This document shows, one piece after another, positions 15,789-21,994 of a stretch of DNA of 21,994 bases; the first letter of the stretch is position 1; the number at the start of each line of letters is the position of its first letter. The stretch comes from a virus (lineage: Duplodnaviria; Heunggongvirae; Uroviricota; Caudoviricetes): IMG/VR virus record IMGVR_UViG_2802429253_000005, positions 1 through 21,994 of that record; one strand, 5' to 3'. Both the position numbers and the translations under genes were made by a program. The notes beneath the pieces were generated by a model that had not been told where the DNA came from, made no database searches, and saw nothing but the letters and a program-made list of their open reading frames with translations.

Positions 15789-16129
15789 GGGAGGCCACAC
15801 TGTATTCCCTGCTGTCTCAGCTGGCCGGAGGACAGGTATATCCTTATGTGGTCCCGCTGACGGAGGGAAAGCCTGCGGTATCTCCGCCGTGGCTGGTGTT
15901 TTCTGTGGTGTCTGACACGGCGTCTGATGTGCTTGATGGTCAGGCTGAATCCAGAATTGTCGTGCAGATCGATGTCTGGGCGACGGTACCTGATGACGCA
16001 GATGATATTCGTGAGCAGGCGCTTGATGCAGTAAGGAAACTGGCACCTTCCGTTATTTCTAAAACGCAGGGTTATGATCCTGACTCCCGTCTGAGCAGAG
16101 CCACGCTTGAATTTCAGGTAATAGCCTGA
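15785..16129 (+). CDS. Tail terminator-like protein (gp11-like)
   Basis: 114 aa; ATGA overlap with the upstream gene; last gene before the major tail protein. Confidence 0.5.
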   Translation: MREATLYSLLSQLAGGQVYPYVVPLTEGKPAVSPPWLVFSVVSDTASDVLDGQAESRIVVQIDVWATVPDDADDIREQALDAVRKLAPSVISKTQGYDPDSRLSRATLEFQVIA

Positions 16130-16149
16130 GGTCGTTAATGATTTTACCC

Positions 16150-16172
16150 ACCCGCCGCTGGCGGGTTTTTTA
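16150..16172 (+). terminator. Intrinsic terminator/attenuator upstream of the major tail gene
   Basis: CCCGCC-GCT-GGCGGG hairpin followed by TTTTTTATTTT. Confidence 0.55.
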
Positions 16173-16188
16173 TTTTCAGGAGACGAGT

Positions 16189-16893
16189 ATGTCCTCTAAT
16201 TTTGAGCGTTCGCAACTGACGAAAATTATGATTTCGTCTGCACCGGTAACAGCAGAAACCCTGGATTCTGCCAGCTATCTTGGCCTGAGCTGTACAATCA
16301 AAGAGGTGCAGTTTACCGCAGGACAAAAGCAGGATATTGATGTCACCACGCTGTGTTCTGTTGAGCAGGAAAATATTAACGGTCTTGGTGCCGCGTCAGA
16401 GATTTCCATGTCAGGCAACTTTTACCTCAATGCTGCCCAGAACGCGTTGCGCAGTGCCTATGACAATGACACCACGTATGGCTTTAAAGTTATTTTTCCG
16501 TCAGGAAACGGATTTACCTTTATGGCAGAGGTGCGTCAGCATACCTGGTCTGCAGGAACCAATGGTGTTGTGGCTGCAACGTTTTCCCTGCGCCTGAAAG
16601 GTAAACCTGTGCTGACGACAGAGCCGCTGAAAGTGAAGGTCGATTTAAACAGCACGCTGCAGGTTTCTGCCGGAGCGAAACTCGAAATGGTGGTTGAGGC
16701 TGCCGGTGGTGTGCCGCCTTATTCTTATGTCTGGAAGAAAGGTAGTTCTCCTGTTTCCGGACAGACGGCGGCAACGTTCAGTAAGGCATCAGCAGCATCT
16801 GGTGATGCCGGTGCGTATACCTGCGAGATTTCTGATTCAGCAAGCCCGGTTAACAAAGTGACCTCCACTTCCTGCACTGTAACCGTCAGTTAA
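16189..16893 (+). CDS. Major tail (tube) protein, lambda gpV-like, with C-terminal Ig-like domain
   Basis: ATG 16189 with GGAG 7 nt upstream; YGFKVIFPSGNGFTFMAEV resembles the lambda V core motif (YKIRFPNGTVDVFRG); C-terminal ~90 aa Ser/Thr/Val-rich beta-type sequence typical of Big_2 domains. Confidence 0.75.
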   Translation: MSSNFERSQLTKIMISSAPVTAETLDSASYLGLSCTIKEVQFTAGQKQDIDVTTLCSVEQENINGLGAASEISMSGNFYLNAAQNALRSAYDNDTTYGFKVIFPSGNGFTFMAEVRQHTWSAGTNGVVAATFSLRLKGKPVLTTEPLKVKVDLNSTLQVSAGAKLEMVVEAAGGVPPYSYVWKKGSSPVSGQTAATFSKASAASGDAGAYTCEISDSASPVNKVTSTSCTVTVS

Positions 16894-16907
16894 TGAGGAT
16901 GGATGTG

Positions 16908-17279
16908 ATGACTAAAAATATCCGTAATCTGGCACTGGCAACGATGTCGGGGTTTCGCCATAAAACCGTTGATGTGCCTGAATGGGAGGGAGCAACGGTT
17001 GTATTACGGGAACCTTCTGCAGAAGCCTGGTTGCGCTGGCAGGAGATCGTTAAAGCCAGGGAAGATGATACATCGCCATCTGTTGCAGAGCGTGCCCGCC
17101 GAAATCTGGAGGCGGACGTTGAACTGTTCATTGATGTTCTGTGTGATACCGGACTGCAACCTGTATTTTCAGAGGATGATCGTGAACAGGTGATTGCCGT
17201 GTATGGCCCGGTGCATGCGCGGCTTCTTCGGCAGTCTCTGGAACTGATCAGTGATGCCGGAGAGGTTAAAAAAAAGTAG
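16908..17279 (+). CDS. Tail assembly chaperone G-like
   Basis: ATG 16908 preceded by GAGGA; ends ...EVKKK at an AAAAAAG slippery heptamer; sits between the major tail and tape measure genes. Confidence 0.7.
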   Translation: MTKNIRNLALATMSGFRHKTVDVPEWEGATVVLREPSAEAWLRWQEIVKAREDDTSPSVAERARRNLEADVELFIDVLCDTGLQPVFSEDDREQVIAVYGPVHARLLRQSLELISDAGEVKKK

Positions 17280-17581
17280 CGCTTCCGGGGATGCGTTTTC
17301 TGATGATGCTGGCGCTCAGGATGGGGCGCACATTGTCAGAGTTACGCCGGGAAATGTCCGCATCAGAAATCATGATGTGGGCAGAATTTGACAGGTTCAG
17401 CCCGCTGGGAGACGAACGGGCTGATATCCGGGCTGCCCAGATTGTTTCAGCTGTTTACGGTGCGCAGGGGGTCAAAGTGCCACTGAATGATGCGCTTCTT
17501 CAGTGGGAGAAGGAGCAGACAGAAGGCGTATCAGATCCATTTGCCGGACTGGAAAACGCGCTTTTAATAGTGTCTCAGTGA
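17276..17581 (+). CDS. T-like extension of the tail assembly chaperone, expressed as a G-T fusion by -1 programmed frameshift
   Basis: Open frame in the -1 register relative to G runs with no stop from the slippery site (17270-17276) through 17581; its first ATG (17291) has no independent RBS; the arrangement is the conserved G/GT design. Confidence 0.6.
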   Translation, partial: VALPGMRFLMMLALRMGRTLSELRREMSASEIMMWAEFDRFSPLGDERADIRAAQIVSAVYGAQGVKVPLNDALLQWEKEQTEGVSDPFAGLENALLIVSQ

Positions 17582-17589
17582 GTCAACAT

Positions 17590-17612
17590 AACCGCTTCGG
17601 CGGTTTTTTTTT
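17590..17612 (+). terminator. Intrinsic terminator/attenuator between GT and the tape measure gene
   Basis: AACCGC-TTCG-GCGGTT hairpin followed by nine T. Confidence 0.65.
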
Positions 17613-17622
17613 CGTCCGGAGA

Positions 17623-20600
17623 ATGAGTGTGGCGACATTACGTGAACTGATTATTAAAATCTCGGCAAATTCCCGGTCATTCCAGTCAGAGATCTCCCGG
17701 GCTTCGCGTATGGGGCAGGATTACTACCGTACCATGCAGAACGGAGGCCGGCAGTCCGCTGCTGCATCCCGTGAAATGCGGCGTGCACTGGCAGAAGTGA
17801 CGGATCAGATAAATACAGCTAAATCTTCGGCACTGAATATGGCGGGGGCATTTGCCGGGGCTTTTGCTACCGGTCATCTTATTTCTCTCGCCGATGAGTG
17901 GAATTCAGTAAATGCCCGTCTGAAGCAGGCCTCACAGTCCAGTGATGATTTTCAGGCATCACAGCGTGAATTAATGGCGATCAGCCAGAGAACGGGGACG
18001 GCGTTTTCTGATAACGCCAGCCTTTTTGCCCGTTCTGCAGCTTCCATGCGGGAGTATGGTTACAGTTCTGAGGAGGTACTGAAAGTCACCGAGGCGATCT
18101 CCACGGGCCTGAAATTATCCGGTGCCAGTACAGCAGAAGCCAGTTCGGTGATCACGCAGTTCAGTCAGGCACTGGCGCAGGGAGTGCTGCGCGGTGAAGA
18201 GTTTAACTCGGTGAATGAGAACGGCGATCGTGTTATTCGTGCGCTGGCTGCGGGAATGGGGGTTGCCCGTAAGGATCTGAAGGCCATGGCGGATAACGGA
18301 AAGTTGACCGCCGATAAGGTTGTTCCTGCACTGATTAGTCAGCTTGGGGCATTACGTGATGAATATGCGGCAATGCCTGATACGGTTTCATCCTCTGCAA
18401 CCAAAGTTGAAAACGCCTTTATGGCCTGGGTTGGTGGTGCGAACGAGGCAAGCGGAGTGACGAAGACGCTCTCCGGTGTGCTGAATGGTATTGCAGGCAA
18501 TATTGACACTGTGGCAACCGCTGCCGGTGCTCTGGTTGCCGTCGGGGTAGCCCGATATTTTGGCAATATGGCGTCTTCTGCTGGATCTGCAACTGCCGGA
18601 TTAATTACTGCAGCCAGAAACGAAGTGGCTCTTGCGGAAGCGCAGCTCCGGGGGACACAGATAGCAACAGCCAGGGCGCGTGCGGCGGTTTATCGTGCGC
18701 AACAGGCGGTTGTTGCTGCTCGCGGTACCGAAAGGCAGGCAGCCGCAGAAGCGAAACTGGCTGCTGCCCAGGCATCACTTACCCGTAATATTGCGGCCAG
18801 AACAGCAGCACAGACAACGCTGAATACTGTCACGTCAGTGGGAAGTCGTCTGTTAAGTGGAGCACTGGGACTGGTTGGTGGGGTGCCGGGGCTTGTCATG
18901 CTGGGGGCCGCGGCCTGGTACACGATGTATCAGAATCAGGAGCAGGCCAGAGAATCTGCACGCCAGTATGCCGCAACAATCGACGAAATTCGCCAGAAAA
19001 CGTCGGCAATGTCGCTTCCTGAAGCGTCAGATAATGAGGAAAAGACGCGGCAGGCACTGGAGGAACAAAATCGCCTGATTAGCGAACAGGAAGGAAAAAT
19101 TCGCGGACTGAAAAATCAAATTGCTGATTATCAACGTTGGCTTGATGAAAGTTCGCAGAGTGGTTCGGGTGCTGAAATCATCCTTAAAGGGCTTGCCGAA
19201 GCAACAAATCAACTGGCAGTTGAACAATCCCGTCTCACTCAAATGCAGGGCAAAGCGCAATCTATTCAGGATGTGCTTGCCGGGCTGGAGGAGCGACGGG
19301 TGGCGTTGATCCGTCAACAGGCGGCGGAACAAAACAAAGCGTATCAGTCCCTGTTGATCATGAATGGGCAGCATACCGAGTTTAATCGCCTTCTTGGGCT
19401 TGGTAATGAATTACTTCAGCAGCGACAGGGGCTGGTGAATGTACCGTTACGGCTACCACAGGCAACCCTGGATGATAAACAGCAGACCGCACTGAATAAC
19501 AGCAAGCGCGAACTGGCTCTGTCCCGCCTTAAGGGGGAAGCGCGTGAGCGTGCCCGACTGGGCTATGCTGCGGATGATCTCGGCTTTGTGGGAGAGGCGT
19601 ATCAGACAGCCAGACAGAATTATATCAATAACTCACTGGATGCCTGGCGAAATAACCAGGCAAATAAACCCAAAACGCATAAAAAGACCGAAGCGGAAAA
19701 AACAGAAGATATTTATAAACGGCTGATTAAACAGCAAAAAGAACAGATAGCACTGGCAGGGCAGAATACTGAACTGGCTAAGATGAAATATCAGGTCAGT
19801 CAGGGCGAATTATCAACCTTATCAGAAGCGCAGAAACAAACCCTTTTACAGAATGCAGCACTCATCGACCAGAAAAAAATTCGTGAGCAAATTGCTGCTT
19901 ATGAAAGCAGCCTGGCGGACAGTAACGCCAGTGTCAGGGCATCAAATGAGGCTCAGTTGTTAGGGTATGGAGACGGAACACGAATACGTGAGCGGCTTCA
20001 GGAAATGTGGAACATCCGACAGGAGTTTGAGCAGAAAAATAATGAGTTGCTGAGACAGTACCAGACCGGAGAAATCGAAGAAGCCCTGTGGAAACAGGAA
20101 AAAACGCTGAATGAAAAATATCTGGAGGAGCGTCTCAACGATCAGCAGGATTATTATGCAAAGGCCGATGCTTTACGCAGTAACTGGAATGCCGGGCTCA
20201 AAGAGGGGCTGACGAACTGGGCAGACAGTGCCACTGATTATGCTTCACAAGCGGCAGATGCGGTCGTTTCCACTATGGATGGTCTGGTTTCAAATATTTC
20301 TGAGGCACTGGCCGGAAACGTTGTGGACTGGAGAAACTGGGGGAGTTCGATCCTTCAGGAAGTTTCAAAAATCCTGATGAACGCGGCAATTGTTAACGGG
20401 CTGAAATCACTCTCCGGGACAATGTCGGGAGCGGGGGGATGGATTGGTAGTGTTGGCGACTGGCTTTCCGGTGCAGTGGCAAACGCAAAAGGTGGTGTTT
20501 ATACATCGGCAAATCTGAGTGCTTACAGTAACACCATTGTGGATACCCCGACGTATTTTGCTTTTGCGAAAGGTGCCGGGCTGATGGGCGAGGCCGGGCC

Positions 20601-20841
20601 TGAAGCTATCATGCCACTGACCCGGGCAGCGGACGGCTCTCTTGGAGTCAGAGCCATTGGCAATGTGAATGGTGGCGGGGGATTTGTTTATTCTCCCGTG
20701 TATCACATCAGTATTCAGAATAAAGGGAGCAATGGCGAGATAGATACACAGTCAGCCAGGGGGCTGGTGGATCTGATCGACAGCAGGGTTGTGTCAATTA
20801 TGCAGTCATCACGTCGGGACGGAGGATTATACAGTGCCTGA
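17623..20841 (+). CDS. Tail tape measure protein
   Basis: ~1070 aa, Ala/Gln-rich and largely helical, with a Gly-rich hydrophobic segment; ATG 17623 preceded by GGAG, chosen over the track start 17503 which lies upstream of the terminator. Confidence 0.9.
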   Translation: MSVATLRELIIKISANSRSFQSEISRASRMGQDYYRTMQNGGRQSAAASREMRRALAEVTDQINTAKSSALNMAGAFAGAFATGHLISLADEWNSVNARLKQASQSSDDFQASQRELMAISQRTGTAFSDNASLFARSAASMREYGYSSEEVLKVTEAISTGLKLSGASTAEASSVITQFSQALAQGVLRGEEFNSVNENGDRVIRALAAGMGVARKDLKAMADNGKLTADKVVPALISQLGALRDEYAAMPDTVSSSATKVENAFMAWVGGANEASGVTKTLSGVLNGIAGNIDTVATAAGALVAVGVARYFGNMASSAGSATAGLITAARNEVALAEAQLRGTQIATARARAAVYRAQQAVVAARGTERQAAAEAKLAAAQASLTRNIAARTAAQTTLNTVTSVGSRLLSGALGLVGGVPGLVMLGAAAWYTMYQNQEQARESARQYAATIDEIRQKTSAMSLPEASDNEEKTRQALEEQNRLISEQEGKIRGLKNQIADYQRWLDESSQSGSGAEIILKGLAEATNQLAVEQSRLTQMQGKAQSIQDVLAGLEERRVALIRQQAAEQNKAYQSLLIMNGQHTEFNRLLGLGNELLQQRQGLVNVPLRLPQATLDDKQQTALNNSKRELALSRLKGEARERARLGYAADDLGFVGEAYQTARQNYINNSLDAWRNNQANKPKTHKKTEAEKTEDIYKRLIKQQKEQIALAGQNTELAKMKYQVSQGELSTLSEAQKQTLLQNAALIDQKKIREQIAAYESSLADSNASVRASNEAQLLGYGDGTRIRERLQEMWNIRQEFEQKNNELLRQYQTGEIEEALWKQEKTLNEKYLEERLNDQQDYYAKADALRSNWNAGLKEGLTNWADSATDYASQAADAVVSTMDGLVSNISEALAGNVVDWRNWGSSILQEVSKILMNAAIVNGLKSLSGTMSGAGGWIGSVGDWLSGAVANAKGGVYTSANLSAYSNTIVDTPTYFAFAKGAGLMGEAGPEAIMPLTRAADGSLGVRAIGNVNGGGGFVYSPVYHISIQNKGSNGEIDTQSARGLVDLIDSRVVSIMQSSRRDGGLYSA

Positions 20842-21175
20842 GCCTGAAGTTTTTAACTGGATCCCCCGCGAGGGGATGGAGACGACACGAAAGCCATCTG
20901 TTATTACGGTAAAGTTCGGTGACGGATATGAACAGCGGCGGGCTGGTGGTCTGAATGCGGATCTGAAAACGTTTAAACCGGTGTTTCGTGTCACAGATGA
21001 ATATTCCCGTGCTGCGCTGGACAGTTTTTTATCCCGTCATGCCGGGATACGTGCTTTTTTGTGGCGCCCGCCAAAACACAACAGGACTGTCAGGGTTGTC
21101 TGCAGGGAGTGGAGTACTTCGGATAATGCCATGTATACCGATTTTAACTGTACCTTTGAAGAGGTCACTCACTGA
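20834..21175 (+). CDS. Minor tail protein M-like
   Basis: GTG 20834 preceded by GGAGGA and overlapping the tape-measure stop; VKFGDGYEQRRAGGLNADLKT resembles lambda M (VRFGDGYSQRAPAGLNANLKT) as recalled. Confidence 0.7.
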   Translation: MPEPEVFNWIPREGMETTRKPSVITVKFGDGYEQRRAGGLNADLKTFKPVFRVTDEYSRAALDSFLSRHAGIRAFLWRPPKHNRTVRVVCREWSTSDNAMYTDFNCTFEEVTH

Positions 21176-21873
21176 TGCAGGATATACAACAGGAAACACT
21201 GAATGAGTGTACAAAAGCGGAGCAATCCGCACTGGTCGTGCTCTGGGAAGTCGATCTGACAGAAGTCGGTGGCGAGCGTTATTTTTTCTGTAATGAGCAG
21301 AACGAAAAAGGTGAGTCAGTCACCTGGCAGGGGCGGCAGTATCAGGCGTATCCCATTCAGGGGAGCGGATTTGAGATGAACGGCAAAGGAGCCAGTGCCA
21401 GACCAACACTGAAAGTATCTAATCTGCACGGTATGGTCACCGGTATGGCGGAAGATCTGCAGAGTCTGGTCGGCGGAACGGTGGTCCGGCGTAAGGTTTA
21501 CGCCCGTTTTCTGGATGCGGTGAACTTCGTCAACGGAAACAGCGACGCCGATCCGGAGCAGGAGGTGATCAGTCGCTGGCGCATCGAGCAGTGCAGCGAA
21601 CTGAGCGCGGTCAGTGCCTCCTTTGTACTGTCCACGCCGACGGAAACGGACGGCGCTGTTTTTCCGGGACGTATCATGCTGGCCAACACCTGCACCTGGA
21701 CCTATCGCGGTGATGAGTGCGGTTATAACGGTCCGGCTGTCGCGGATGAATATGACCAGCCGACGTCCGATATCACGAAGGATAAATGCAGCAAATGCCT
21801 GAGCGGCTGTAAGTTTCGCAATAACGTCGGCAACTTTGGCGGCTTCCTTTCCATTAACAAACTTTCGCAGTAA
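21175..21873 (+). CDS. L: Minor tail protein L
   Basis: 232 aa, near-identical over its whole length to lambda gpL as recalled (MQDIxQETLNECT...CSKCLSGCKFRNNVGNFGGFLSINKLSQ). Confidence 0.9.
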   Translation: MQDIQQETLNECTKAEQSALVVLWEVDLTEVGGERYFFCNEQNEKGESVTWQGRQYQAYPIQGSGFEMNGKGASARPTLKVSNLHGMVTGMAEDLQSLVGGTVVRRKVYARFLDAVNFVNGNSDADPEQEVISRWRIEQCSELSAVSASFVLSTPTETDGAVFPGRIMLANTCTWTYRGDECGYNGPAVADEYDQPTSDITKDKCSKCLSGCKFRNNVGNFGGFLSINKLSQ

Positions 21874-21916
21874 ATGTAATGAACGCATCCCCAATCATCA
21901 AATCCGGAGCGCGGTG

Positions 21917-21994
21917 ATGGATGGGGAGAATATCGGGAAGGTGTGGAACCTGGCAGATTTCCGGCATCATAGTGCCCAATACGGGATGCAGAAA
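21917..21994 (+). CDS. Probable start of the next tail gene (lambda K position); partial, runs off the window
   Basis: ATG 21917 with GGAG 8 nt upstream; open to the window end; assigned only from position. Confidence 0.3.
   Translation, partial: MDGENIGKVWNLADFRHHSAQYGMQK

Noticed and set aside
17503-17622. Upstream start for the tape measure gene as given in the ORF track
   Set aside because: It would begin inside the GT extension and read through an intrinsic terminator; ATG 17623 has a GGAG ribosome-binding site just after that terminator.
21316-21894. 192-aa minus-strand ORF
   Set aside because: Entirely antisense to the gene whose product is near-identical to lambda tail protein L.
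1-21994. CRISPR array, insertion sequence or transposase, rRNA
   Set aside because: No regularly spaced direct repeats, no terminal inverted repeats flanking a transposase-like ORF, and no rRNA-like segment were seen on either strand.

Overview
The window reads as the left two-thirds of an enterobacterial (E. coli/Salmonella-like) HK97/lambda-type prophage that is defective at its integration-proximal end. All calls rest on reading the six-frame translations and the DNA by eye; no searches were run. From left to right: (1) a tRNA terminator and a ~46-nt tRNA 3'-end fragment (tRNA-Pro-like from memory) that looks like an attachment-site core; (2) an AT-rich two-gene cassette encoding a Pol-beta/CD-NTase(SMODS)-type nucleotidyltransferase and an overlapping 2-TM membrane protein, with its own terminator, which is the best candidate for an accessory defence or signalling module; (3) a truncated lambda-family integrase (C-terminal ~120 aa only), with no repressor, excision or replication genes following it; (4) a cargo stretch with a small coiled-coil ORF, a Hok/Gef-family type I toxin gene, a lipoprotein gene and several intrinsic terminators; (5) a nin-like region (DUF968-like protein, RusA resolvase, Q-like antiterminator) followed by a pR'/tR'-like late control region; (6) a phage-21-type lysis cassette (S21 pinholin, SAR endolysin, Rz, embedded Rz1); (7) an HK97-type packaging and head module (HNH endonuclease, TerS, TerL, small membrane ORF, portal, prohead protease, major capsid protein, connector proteins); (8) a lambda-type tail module (major tail protein, G/GT chaperone with an AAAAAAG -1 frameshift site, tape measure, M, L, and the probable start of the next gene). 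Almost all genes are on the + strand with overlapping or coupled start/stop codons. No CRISPR array, rRNA, intact tRNA or transposase was seen.
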